NCBI GenBank assembly: GCA_036489735.1
Contig: DASXFF010000154.1
Span: 494 to 64,493, forward strand
Origin: Terracidiphilus sp.
GTDB taxonomy: Bacteria; Acidobacteriota; Terriglobia; Terriglobales; Acidobacteriaceae
Reading direction: 5' to 3'
DNA: 64,000 nt
Shown here: positions 9,661 through 19,127 of the stretch, one piece after another
How the letters are laid out: each line of letters begins with the position of its first letter
How positions within the stretch are numbered: position 1 is the first letter of the stretch
Program-made: the position numbers and the translations under genes
The notes under the pieces: generated by a model
The model's input: the letters and a program-made list of their open reading frames with translations, nothing else
Database searches by the model: none
What the model was told of the DNA's origin: nothing

Positions 9661-10144
9661 TTTTTGTCCAGGCCCACCGCGCTGTAAGGGCGCGATCGCA
9701 CAAATCTCGTCTCACCATCTCCTGCCCGCGCCACCGCTGTTTTCGGACTGCACCCCAGCTTGATGTCAAGCCCCTTCCGCCAAAATACTTCCGCCAGCTT
9801 CCCCTAAGTCCTTTCTCTCTTATCTCTTATCTCTGCTCTCTGTTTTTCCCAAGTTTGCCGATCATTTCCCCCATTTGGCGCACAATAGTCCCATGATCAC
9901 CACGAGCCACCGTCTACTGGCTACAAGCTGTCTTTTCGGCCGGAATCCTGTTAACCGACTAATAAACACACGCCTCACAGAACAAGAATTGCACTTTTCA
10001 TTTTTTACGAGGGGAGTGTACATTTGATCAATATATAAGCCGTTTAGAATTTATCTGCACTGCACCATTTTCAGTGCAAGTTTACCAGAAAATTACTGTT
10101 GTTCTTCTAGTAAAATTTTGCCATCTCCCCACAACCCTACTTCC

Positions 10145-10912
10145 TCACTTCGCCAGGTCGGCGCGGTGGATGCGCTCCACCGGCTTGTTATAGCGGCCGA
10201 GCAGCGCGTTCCAGCGGACGATGGCGATGTCCTGCAACATGCGCATGCCGTCTTTCAGGTAGCTGATGCGCGTGCGCTCGTCGTGGCCCCAGCTCACGGG
10301 AACTTCGACAATGTGGTAGCCGCGCTTGAGGGCGATGAAGAGAATCTCGGGATCGAAGCCCCAGCGCTCGATGGTCTGGAGCTGAAAGATGGTTTGCGCG
10401 GCGGCGCGCGTGAAGGCTTTGAATCCGCATTGCGTGTCGGCGAAAGGCAGGCCCATAACGGCGCGCGTGACGCCGTTGAAGCAGCGCCCGAAAAACTGGC
10501 GGTAGAGCGGCTGGCGAATGGTTTGGCGCGTGCGTTCAAGCCAGCGCGAGCCGATGGCAATGTCGGCGCCTGCGGCAATGGCGGCGATCAAGTCGTCTGC
10601 TTCCACGATGGGCGCGGAGAGATCGGCGTCGGTGAACATGACGATTTCGCCAAAAGAGTGGAGCAGGCCATTGCGCACGCTGTAGCCCTTGCCGCGATTG
10701 CCGGGATTCTGGATCATGCGGACTTCGGGAGCGTTGGAGGCAAAGGCGCGAACGATCTCTGCGGTCTGGTCGCGCGAGCCATCGTCCACCACAACAATTT
10801 CGGCGTCCCAGCCGCGCCGGCGCACGAACGCCAGGACGGCATCGAGCGCATTACCGATGCGCGCGGCTTCGTTAAAGGCAGGGATCACGATGCTGTATTG
10901 CGGATAGGCCAT
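10145..10912 (-). CDS. GT2 glycosyltransferase, polyprenyl/dolichyl-phosphate glucosyltransferase-like
   Basis: SIVIPAFNE, VVVDDGSRD, NRGKG, FTDADLS, DTQCGFK, WGFDPE. Confidence 0.9.
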   Translation of the reverse strand: MAYPQYSIVIPAFNEAARIGNALDAVLAFVRRRGWDAEIVVVDDGSRDQTAEIVRAFASNAPEVRMIQNPGNRGKGYSVRNGLLHSFGEIVMFTDADLSAPIVEADDLIAAIAAGADIAIGSRWLERTRQTIRQPLYRQFFGRCFNGVTRAVMGLPFADTQCGFKAFTRAAAQTIFQLQTIERWGFDPEILFIALKRGYHIVEVPVSWGHDERTRISYLKDGMRMLQDIAIVRWNALLGRYNKPVERIHRADLAK

Positions 10913-11153
10913 CGGGGGGTTTGACGTGCTTGGATCACTTTAAACGATGCCGGCCGAGGGGGCCGCGATGCACCAAGAGCGCGCGAATCCGGCGAGGCCA
11001 TGCGAGCGGAATGGGACGGGAAAGGCCGGGCGACGGGGGTGGGGTAACTGGCCAAAGTGCTGATCCGCAAAGGATAATTTCCAGAGAGGGGCTTGCATTT
11101 TCGTGCTTTCCTCGGCACAATCCGTTTATGCTGGATGCGGAGGTCAGTGGCAG

Positions 11154-11444
11154 ATGACAAAGGCGGACTTGGTGGAGAAGGTGACCGGCCTGGGCGATTT
11201 GACCCGGCGCGACGGCGAAGTGATTGTAGAAACCATCTTCGGATCCGTGATTGGCGCCCTGCAAAGCGGGGACAAGATCGAGATACGCGGCTTCGGCTCG
11301 TTTCGCATCCGCCAGCGCAAACCCCGCATTGGGCGCAACCCCAAGACCGGCGCGCGTGTCGACGTTCCCGCAAAGAAAGTTCCCTACTTCAAACCGTCGA
11401 AGGAACTGCGCGACCTGGTGAATCCGGGCGAAGCGAAAGCTTAG
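11154..11444 (+). CDS. ihfB: HU/IHF-family DNA-binding protein, IHF beta-like
   Basis: MTKADLVE...KIEIRGFGSF...GRNPKTG...PYFKPSKELR. Confidence 0.85.
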   Translation: MTKADLVEKVTGLGDLTRRDGEVIVETIFGSVIGALQSGDKIEIRGFGSFRIRQRKPRIGRNPKTGARVDVPAKKVPYFKPSKELRDLVNPGEAKA

Positions 11445-11484
11445 TAGCGCGCAACTCAATCCCCCAAATTTAATTTCCATTGAG

Positions 11485-12654
11485 TCAGCGCGAGCGGTGT
11501 TTTCGCGCGCCGGCAGCGGGGCCGCGTTTCTGCGCATCGCGAATCCCGATGACGGCCATCATGCGCCCCGCGTGTCCATGAGACGCGCGATGCGAAAAGA
11601 AAAGATCGTTGTGGCATTGCGTGCAGCCGCCAATCACTTGAATATTCGCGGGCTTGAGGCCGGCCGCGAGCAGCTGGCGGCGGTTGGCTTCGACCAGGTC
11701 GACGTGCAGGCTGGGGCCGATGGGCGAGTGGCCGGGCGCGCGCTGCGTGAGAAACAGCATGGGATATTTCTTGCGCACAGGATCGGAATCGAAAACTTCC
11801 TTGAACAATTCGCGCGCGTAAGAAAACTGGGATTCGAAGTCGGAGAGGACTTCGTCGCCTACGGCGTAGCAGCAAAGGCCGATGCCGGGACCGATGGCGG
11901 CGACGAGGTCCTGCGGGTCTGAAGCGAAGGCCAGGCGCATGCTGCCCACACCGGATTCGACGATGCGCTTGACTGTTCCGCGCCAACCGGCGTGGAAGGC
12001 GGCTACGGCGCGGTGTTTGGTGTCGGCGACAAGAACGGGAATGCAGTCGGCGGTCTGAATGGCGAGCAGCAGACCGGGTACGTTGGTTATTTGTCCGTCC
12101 GCTTTGTGCGGGTGCGCGTTGGCGCTGGCGCGGACGATTTGATCAATGCGGTTGGAATGGAATTGGCGGAGAGCGATGAGCGGAGTTTTCGCGTTGGACG
12201 TGACGGCCTCGGCCAGGAGCCGGCGATTGGCGAGGACAGACTTGCGCAGGTCGGCTTCAGTGAATCCAAGATTCAGTTCGCCGGGCCCATCTTCCGCGCA
12301 GTAGGCGCGGCTAAGGCCACCTCTTCGTGTTGAGAATCCAGCCCAAAGCCAGGGAAAATCCCAACCAGGAGCCGGCAACCACTCGACACCATTTGCCGCG
12401 CGAAGGGGAACAGGCGCGGGAGGGGTCAATTCTTCCTGAGTCGTGCGGTCGAATTTCGGGGTGCGAGACGGGCGCGGAGTGCGGGATGAACGCGGATCAC
12501 GGGACGGCTTGGCGCGCGCATGTGCGCTGCGCGTGAGTCCGGCACAGTTCATGCTCACAGCAACTGCGTCAGTGGATGAGATTTTGTGGGCAGTAGAAGA
12601 GCGCATTGCTGGCATCAATTTTAGTCGGCACAGATGCGCTGGAAGGGTGAGCAT
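11485..12654 (-). CDS. pgeF: Peptidoglycan editing factor PgeF/YfiH (start codon uncertain)
   Basis: FSTRRGG, QFHS, ADG, TADCIPVL, HAGWRG, AIGPGIG, FFSHR motifs. Confidence 0.88.
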   Translation of the reverse strand: MLTLPAHLCRLKLMPAMRSSTAHKISSTDAVAVSMNCAGLTRSAHARAKPSRDPRSSRTPRPSRTPKFDRTTQEELTPPAPVPLRAANGVEWLPAPGWDFPWLWAGFSTRRGGLSRAYCAEDGPGELNLGFTEADLRKSVLANRRLLAEAVTSNAKTPLIALRQFHSNRIDQIVRASANAHPHKADGQITNVPGLLLAIQTADCIPVLVADTKHRAVAAFHAGWRGTVKRIVESGVGSMRLAFASDPQDLVAAIGPGIGLCCYAVGDEVLSDFESQFSYARELFKEVFDSDPVRKKYPMLFLTQRAPGHSPIGPSLHVDLVEANRRQLLAAGLKPANIQVIGGCTQCHNDLFFSHRASHGHAGRMMAVIGIRDAQKRGPAAGARKHRSR

Positions 12655-12962
12655 GTGGGCCTACCTTCCGGTAGGCCCGCTCGAGAGGCAATTTTGGGAG
12701 GGTAACCAGGGGGGATTGTGGGAAGAGGTTCCGAAGAACCCTCAAGAGAGAGTTACTGCCTTTCTTTGGCGGGACATTTGGGGAAGCCTCTGCTAATTAC
12801 TAGGTAGGATGCCTACTCTCAGAAAAGGTTGCAAGGCGATTCGCGTGAAGATGTGGACGCAGCCTGTGGAAAAAATCTCTGGTTGCCCGCTTTGGCACAA
12901 ATAGAAGCCCCAAAAGGGGAATCTGCTTGAAAATACAGGGGAAATTGGGCACTCTTTGAAGA

Positions 12963-13559
12963 GTGAAGCTCTTTTTCAGCCTCCTGATTATTGTGCTTCT
13001 CGGAGTCGTCGCGTATCTGGCGTACCAGTACCGGGCAGATTTTGGGCTGGGCGGCAAGGGCAGCGGCGGATCGGGGGCGAATTCAACGCCGAGCTGGCAA
13101 ACGGTCGACCGCAGCTCGGATGACTTCAAGGTCGAGATGCCCGCAGCCGCGACAGAGACTCAGATTCCGGCCTATACCGATCACGGCGTGGTGGAGCAGG
13201 TGCCGATGATCGAGTCGGCGACCGATCCCGGCACAACCTATGCCGTGGCTTGGGCGAACAATCCTCCGGTGGAGCAGGCGGCCGGGGAAGACGCAGAAAA
13301 AACGCTGGATATGGCTCGGGATGGCGCCCTCGGGCGCACCCAGACGAGCTTGATCGGCGAATCCAGAAACGACCGCGATGGGTACAGAGTGCGCACCTTT
13401 CTGGCGCGCAACGCAGGCGGCGGAATCCTGAACGGCCGCCTGATCCTGACCGGAACCCATCTCTACATGCTGATTGCGACGTTTCCCTCAGTGAGCGCGC
13501 GGCACCAGGAAGATGTGGACCGCTTCTTCGACTCGTTCAGCCTGACAGGGCAACAATAA
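12963..13559 (+). CDS. Hypothetical membrane-anchored protein
   Basis: N-terminal TM helix; C-terminal DRFFDSF; typical codon bias. Confidence 0.75.
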   Translation: MKLFFSLLIIVLLGVVAYLAYQYRADFGLGGKGSGGSGANSTPSWQTVDRSSDDFKVEMPAAATETQIPAYTDHGVVEQVPMIESATDPGTTYAVAWANNPPVEQAAGEDAEKTLDMARDGALGRTQTSLIGESRNDRDGYRVRTFLARNAGGGILNGRLILTGTHLYMLIATFPSVSARHQEDVDRFFDSFSLTGQQ

Positions 13560-13578
13560 AGAAGCCGGCTCGGATGTC

Positions 13579-14370
13579 TCAAGGCTTTGGGCGCGCGGCC
13601 TTCTCCACAAACCCGGTGATGAGATCGACGGGGAGAAATCGAACGAAGAACGCCGTGATTTTTCCGTCCGCTTTGGGAACAACGGTGCGCCTTCCGCGGG
13701 CGAGAGCGTGGATGCCGATGCGCGCGACATCTTGCGCCGATTGCAGTTTGCGGCTGCGGAAGGCGGAGGCGTTGGCCACCTCAAAGAACTCGCTCTCGGT
13801 GGTTCCGGGACAAAGCGCAGTGACTTTCACGCCGAAGCGGGCGACTTCAGCCCCGACTCCGAGGGCGAAGAAGCGGTCGAAGGCCTTTGTGGCCGCGTAC
13901 GTGGAGAGATAGGGAACCGGCTGAAAGCTGGCGGTTGACGCGAGAACGAGCATCCAGCCTCGACGCCGCTCAACCATGCGAGGAAGGAAGAGGTGCGAGA
14001 GGCGGACGACAGCTTCGCAGTTGACGCGCACCATGCCGGCGGCTTGATCGGCGTCGCTGGTCGAAAATGCACCGTAGAGGCCAAAGCCGGCATTGTTGAC
14101 GAGGATGTCGACGACGAGGCCAGCGCCTTCAGTGGCGGCGAAGACTTGTTCGGGCGCGGATGGGTCGTTGAGATCGGCGACGACGACGCGTGTTTCTGTG
14201 CCGCGTGCTGCGAGTTCCGCGGCGAAGGCGTCGAGGCGGTCGCGGCGGCGTGCGGTGAGGATGAGCTTTGCGCCATGCGCGGCAAGCTCACGCGCAAGGG
14301 CCACGCCAATTCCGGAACTGGCGCCCGTGACAAGCGCCCATTTGTTTTCGAATTCTGCAATCTTCGCCAT
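13579..14370 (-). CDS. Short-chain dehydrogenase/reductase
   Basis: TGASSGIG, NNAG, YAATK motifs; GGAG RBS before ATG 14370. Confidence 0.92.
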   Translation of the reverse strand: MAKIAEFENKWALVTGASSGIGVALARELAAHGAKLILTARRRDRLDAFAAELAARGTETRVVVADLNDPSAPEQVFAATEGAGLVVDILVNNAGFGLYGAFSTSDADQAAGMVRVNCEAVVRLSHLFLPRMVERRRGWMLVLASTASFQPVPYLSTYAATKAFDRFFALGVGAEVARFGVKVTALCPGTTESEFFEVANASAFRSRKLQSAQDVARIGIHALARGRRTVVPKADGKITAFFVRFLPVDLITGFVEKAARPKP

Positions 14371-14463
14371 CTCTCCAATGATGACAGAAGACGAAGCTGG
14401 AGGACGGCTCGAATACCCACTAACGTTGTGCGGGGCGGCGTCGCTTTCTGTTGGGAGCAGCTG

Positions 14464-14500
14464 TTCCCCGGTCCCCAAATGCGAGGGACCGGGGGCACCC
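14464..14500. repeat. REP-like palindromic element
   Basis: CCCCGGTCCC...GGGACCGGGG followed by GCACCC. Confidence 0.7.
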
Positions 14501-14539
14501 ACTTTCGTGACGGATGAGCTTTTATAGGCCGAAATCGCG

Positions 14540-15016
14540 CTAGTGAGCCGGAGCCGGCGCTGCTGCCTGCGGATTCGAGAACGAGCGAATATAAATCACG
14601 AGGTTCCAGACCTCTGCATCAGTAGCGCGGCCTTCTGTCTCGGGAGGCATCTTGTCCTTGCCGTTGCGGATGATGCTGAACAGATCCGAGTCTTGCAATC
14701 CCGCGAGAGTCGCGGGTTTCGTCCAATCGCCGAGAGTCATTCCCATGCTGGTTGCAACGTCGGATTTGCCGTTTCCGTTGTCACCGTGGCACACGGCGCA
14801 GTCGATTCCGTAGATCGCTTTCGCCTTGGCTTGCGACTCGGCGGTGGGTTTGACGGGATTCCTGGTGGGCGCGGCCGGCGGTGTGGCAGCCGTTTGCGGA
14901 GGAGTGAGAGCAGGCCCAGGCTCGGGCGTTGCCTGCTGCGAACTGCGGCCTTGCAATGGCAAAAAGGCTATGGCGAGCAGCGCCACCGCAAAAAAGAGCA
15001 AAAACGACTTCAACAT
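14540..15016 (-). CDS. Monoheme c-type cytochrome
   Basis: Signal peptide, CAVCH heme motif, distal KMP methionine. Confidence 0.9.
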   Translation of the reverse strand: MLKSFLLFFAVALLAIAFLPLQGRSSQQATPEPGPALTPPQTAATPPAAPTRNPVKPTAESQAKAKAIYGIDCAVCHGDNGNGKSDVATSMGMTLGDWTKPATLAGLQDSDLFSIIRNGKDKMPPETEGRATDAEVWNLVIYIRSFSNPQAAAPAPAH

Positions 15017-15157
15017 AAAAGCCTCCCCAATCGATGTCAACGAGCAGGCATCTTTCGCTTTCAGTGAATTCTGGGAGGAATTATAGGCCCAAAAGCTGGG
15101 TGGGGATATGTGATTCGGCACACAGGTGGCAGGGAGGTAGAGGCGGATTTGAATTAT

Positions 15158-15212
15158 GTGCTTCCCACTCTAAAACTCGCCGCTGCGTGTCGATCTTTAG
15201 GATGGGGCGCCC
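15158..15212. repeat. REP-like palindromic element, reverse copy of the 7345 type
   Basis: GTGCTTCCCACTCTAAA...TTTAGGATGGGGCGCCC. Confidence 0.7.
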
Positions 15213-15248
15213 TATTTCCCGGTGAAGAGAGATCGCGAAAAGCGGAAG

Positions 15249-16937
15249 TTAATGCATGCCTCCGCCGCCCCCGCCTTCGCCGGCCTTGTTTTTGCTGAGG
15301 AGAAATGCGAGGAAGACCAGGACGATTGACGCGTAGGAGAGCTCCATGTAGACGTCCTGGTAGCCCTGCGTGGTGGCTTGAGCAATCAGCTGGTTATAGA
15401 TCTGCGCCAGCGCCAGGGCTGCGCCGTTGGCCGAACCGAAGGCATGGCTGTAAGCCGAGATAAGGGCCTGCCGGTGCTGATCGAAGGCGAGGTATCCGGG
15501 CTGCATGACCTGCTGCAAGTGCTGCTCGTGCCACATGGCCCGGCTGGTGACTTGAGCATTGGTGATGGAAATCAGGATGGAGCCGCCGATGTTGCGGACG
15601 AAGTTGATGAGTCCTGCAACCTGGTTGCTCTGCTCCTTCGGCATGCCCACGTAGGCAGCGGTCGTGATGGAAATGAAACAGAACGGCAGCGGAAACATTT
15701 GCACCACGCGCAGCCACGACGCCTCGGCGAAGCTCATCTGCAGATTGGTAATGTTCGCGGCATAACGGAAAGTAATGACCAGCATCATGAAGCCGAAGGC
15801 GGCGAGATAGCGCGCGGAGATTCTTCCTGTGGCGATGCCGGCCAGCGGCATCATGATGACGAGCGTAATTCCCCCATAGGTGAGAGCGAGGCCGGCGGTG
15901 GTGGCGTTGTAGCCGAGCAACTGCTGGGTAAACTCCGGCTGCAGGACGGTGTTGGCATTGAGCACGCCGCCGACCAGCATCATGAGGAAGCAGCAGATGG
16001 CGAAGTTGCGGTACTTGAAAAGACGCAGGTTGATGAGCGGATCTTTCTGACGCCACTCCCACGCGAAGAGGCCGACCATGCCGATTAGAAACAGAACGCC
16101 GAAGCCGCAGATGAAGGGCGAGGAGAACCAATCGTTCTCTTCGCCCTTGTCGAGCATGATCTGCAGGCCGCCCATGGCCAGCGTGAGGAAGCCGAGCCCG
16201 GTGTAATCCATGTTGCGCAGCTTGGAGAGGTCGGCTTTGATCCACGGCGGATCTTCGACAAGGCGCGTGACCAGGATGAAGGCCAGAATGCCGACGGGAA
16301 TGTTGATGAAGAAGATCCAGCGCCATGAGAAGTTGTCGGTGATCCAGCCGCCGAGCGTGGGGCCGATGGAGGGCGCGAGAACCGCGACGAGACCGTAAAG
16401 GGCGAAGGCCTGCCCGCGCTTGTGGGGCTCGAACGAATCGGCCATGATGGCCTGCGCCATGGGCTGCATGCCGCCGCCGAACATCCCCTGCAGCACACGG
16501 CAAAGAAGCAGGATGGGCAGCGACGGCGCGATGCCGCAAAGAAAGCTTGCAGCCGTAAAACCGGTAATGCAGACGGCGAAGAAATTGCGCCGGCCCATGA
16601 CGGAGGAGGCCCAGCCGCCGAGCGGCAGCACGATGGCGTTCGAAACCAGGTAGCTGGTGAGCACCCAGGTTGCTTCGTCCGTGCTGGCGCCGAGCGAGCC
16701 GCCAATGTGGGGCAGTGCTACGTTGGCGATGGAGGTGTCGAGCACTTCCATGAAGGCGGCAAGCGCGACGGTCATCGCAATCAGCCAGGGATTGACTCGT
16801 GGCTTCCAGGTCGCGTGCAGGTCGAGGTCGGGATTCACAACCGGCGCAGGCCGCACGGCCGCCCCCGATCCGTTGCGCCCATTGGAGGCATCGGAATCAG
16901 CGGGTAGACCGGGCAGTGCGGAGCCGATTGTGGACAA
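15249..16937 (-). CDS. DHA2-family (EmrB/QacA) MFS efflux permease
   Basis: AAFMEVLDTSIANVALPHI, WVLTSYL, WRWIFFINIPVG. Confidence 0.92.
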   Translation of the reverse strand: MSTIGSALPGLPADSDASNGRNGSGAAVRPAPVVNPDLDLHATWKPRVNPWLIAMTVALAAFMEVLDTSIANVALPHIGGSLGASTDEATWVLTSYLVSNAIVLPLGGWASSVMGRRNFFAVCITGFTAASFLCGIAPSLPILLLCRVLQGMFGGGMQPMAQAIMADSFEPHKRGQAFALYGLVAVLAPSIGPTLGGWITDNFSWRWIFFINIPVGILAFILVTRLVEDPPWIKADLSKLRNMDYTGLGFLTLAMGGLQIMLDKGEENDWFSSPFICGFGVLFLIGMVGLFAWEWRQKDPLINLRLFKYRNFAICCFLMMLVGGVLNANTVLQPEFTQQLLGYNATTAGLALTYGGITLVIMMPLAGIATGRISARYLAAFGFMMLVITFRYAANITNLQMSFAEASWLRVVQMFPLPFCFISITTAAYVGMPKEQSNQVAGLINFVRNIGGSILISITNAQVTSRAMWHEQHLQQVMQPGYLAFDQHRQALISAYSHAFGSANGAALALAQIYNQLIAQATTQGYQDVYMELSYASIVLVFLAFLLSKNKAGEGGGGGGMH

Positions 16938-17188
16938 CAGTGTTCTCCTGAGTAGTTAGAACTTTGGGGTTTCCTGGAGCTCTTTGATTGTTTCGATCTT
17001 CTTCAGAAATAGGGCCGGGAAAGCGCGGCATTCAGCAAACCGGTGTGCTTCTATCTAGATTCGCATAGAGGCGGTTAGGGTGCAGGGAAATGGGGCGGGC
17101 GGAGGAATGCTTTTGAGATTTTTCACCGCGAACTCAGACTTTTTCAGCAAGCTGTAAAATCCGTGCCCCGTCAAAACAGAGGCCCCGT

Positions 17189-18931
17189 TTATGGGAATTC
17201 GGCGAGCTTCTCGATGAAGTGTGTCCGAGGGACCGCAGCGGCACCTTTGTCATCGATGACGTGTGAGATTTCGCCCAGGTTGTCGAGGGCGATGGTGACC
17301 ATGTGGTGAAAACGCACGTCCGGCGTGGTTGGCGCCTCGATGGCACGCGTCAGCACGACGTTGGGATGACGGAAGACGGAGTAGATTCCGAGGCCCCACG
17401 CCTCATGGTTTAGGACACCGGCGGCCACTTTGTACGAAGCCCATCCGTTGATTGGCTGTCCCTTTGTATCGAGCCCGCTCGAGTAGCTCGCCTGGTCGGG
17501 TGGATCGTAAGGAATTTCAGATTGGTAAAAGTAGGTGCGGCCGGCATTGCCGTTCCACAAGACCTGATACTGCTGGTGATGCTCGACGAAGAGGCCGTAA
17601 GCCGTAACGCGGTTGCCGTTCACCACCAGGCCATTGGCGCTGGTGTTGAGGTTCCACCCGACCCCCGAGCCGTGGTCGGCGCGCCAGATCCAGGTGTGAT
17701 CCACAATCGTGTCGTTGGAGTTGATACGAAGGTCAACGGCGGCGCGGCCCACGCCGGCTCCGCCGACGCGGAAGAAAATGTCGGCGAGTTCAATCGGGTT
17801 GCGTGCGTGATTTCGATGGCTGCCTTGAGGGCCGACTTGGACGAGCACCGGCGATTCAACGGGACCGGCGTCGATGAGCAGGCCGGCTACGGTTACGCCA
17901 TCGACGTCTGCGATGGTGATCGCGGCCGTGCCGGCGGTGGGCTTGATCGTGGCGAATCCCAGGCCGAAGACGATGGTGCCGGGCTGTGTGACGCGAATCC
18001 GCTCGGAAAGCTCGTAGATGCCGGGCGTGAAGAGAAGATTTTTGCCCGCTGCAAGCTGAGAGTTGATGGTGGCAGCGGTGTCGCTCGGGTTCGCAACATA
18101 GAAACGGCTGATCGGAATGGAACGGCCAGGTGTGACGCCTCCGCGCCAGGTAATGCCGGAGCTGTTGCGGCGCAGGGCCGGCACGCGGACGAAATAATTT
18201 CCACGAGCATCAACAAACAGGAAAGGTTTTTCGCGCACGACGGGCACGCTGGCGATCTTTGTGTAAGGCGGCGAAGGCCATTCGCCGGGCGGAGGAGCGT
18301 CGTCACCGGCGAAAACCATATTCCAACTTGCGCCTTTCCAACTTCCCCACTGACTGTTGCGCGCGAACCATTGTTGTTGCGAGCCGGAGTCTACGTTGCC
18401 GTCGACGAGAGAATCCGACATCCACCCGCCGCTGGCCCAGCCGTGGTTCTGATGAAGCACAAGATTGCCGTCGATGTGCATCCGGCGAAACGGCGCAGCT
18501 TGCGAAACGGCCCACTGCATCGTGCCACCCGTTGGAGCGACAGAAAAATTCTCAACTGCGCGCCAGAACGTGCATGTGGCATTGTTGCGCGGTAGGCTGG
18601 CGTCGGCGTGCACATTGCCGGTGATGTGGACGGCATCCGGCGCCACGCCGAGACCGAGTACCTGAGTGTAGAAGCCGATGGGCACATCAACGTGATAGTT
18701 GCCGGGGAGGAAGAGCAGGGCATCGCGCGCCGGGCCGAACTCACTGTGCTGCTGGACCGCGTAGACCTTGTCGATTTGCTGCTGGATTGCGTCCGCGGAC
18801 ATCGTTGGCCCGAAGACGAATACGTTGGGACCGAAGTCGGGAGCATTCGGCGCCGCGCCAAAGGCCACGGGTGCGAGGGCAAACAGGGAGGCAAACAAAC
18901 AGATTTTATGAGCGGCGTTCATCGGGGCCAT
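17189..18931 (-). CDS. Secreted GH55-like beta-1,3-glucanase
   Basis: PDFGPNVFVF, FWRAVENF, WAVSQAAPFRR, WIWRADHG, VEH, FYQSEIPYD match bacterial GH55; start 18931 or 18922. Confidence 0.78.
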   Translation of the reverse strand: MAPMNAAHKICLFASLFALAPVAFGAAPNAPDFGPNVFVFGPTMSADAIQQQIDKVYAVQQHSEFGPARDALLFLPGNYHVDVPIGFYTQVLGLGVAPDAVHITGNVHADASLPRNNATCTFWRAVENFSVAPTGGTMQWAVSQAAPFRRMHIDGNLVLHQNHGWASGGWMSDSLVDGNVDSGSQQQWFARNSQWGSWKGASWNMVFAGDDAPPPGEWPSPPYTKIASVPVVREKPFLFVDARGNYFVRVPALRRNSSGITWRGGVTPGRSIPISRFYVANPSDTAATINSQLAAGKNLLFTPGIYELSERIRVTQPGTIVFGLGFATIKPTAGTAAITIADVDGVTVAGLLIDAGPVESPVLVQVGPQGSHRNHARNPIELADIFFRVGGAGVGRAAVDLRINSNDTIVDHTWIWRADHGSGVGWNLNTSANGLVVNGNRVTAYGLFVEHHQQYQVLWNGNAGRTYFYQSEIPYDPPDQASYSSGLDTKGQPINGWASYKVAAGVLNHEAWGLGIYSVFRHPNVVLTRAIEAPTTPDVRFHHMVTIALDNLGEISHVIDDKGAAAVPRTHFIEKLAEFP

Positions 18932-19127
18932 TCTACTCCGGGGCGGTTTTGGCGCAAGTGGGCGGCAATGGGTCAATTTGAAAAAACGCCCCTCAGGGGT
19001 TAAAACCCGCAATCGCTTTATTGAACTTGCGGTCCGACTAAAGTCAGGCCTCTCCAAAACAAATCGAAACTGACCCACTGCGCGAGTTGGCATGTACATT
19101 GATTGAAAGACGACCGAGGAGATTGCC

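Noticed and set aside
9029-9763. 244-aa ORF with internal repeats
   Set aside because: It is a translation of the REP array (CHPERSEGS-type shadow peptides), with no RBS or coding bias.
9760-10140. Replication origin
   Set aside because: AT-rich, but I found no cluster of TTATCCACA-like DnaA boxes and no dnaA/dnaN context.
12660-12960. G-rich TGGG/GGGGA tracts resembling MraZ or DnaA sites
   Set aside because: Spacing is irregular, there is only one DnaA-like 9-mer, and no mraZ or dcw genes are adjacent.
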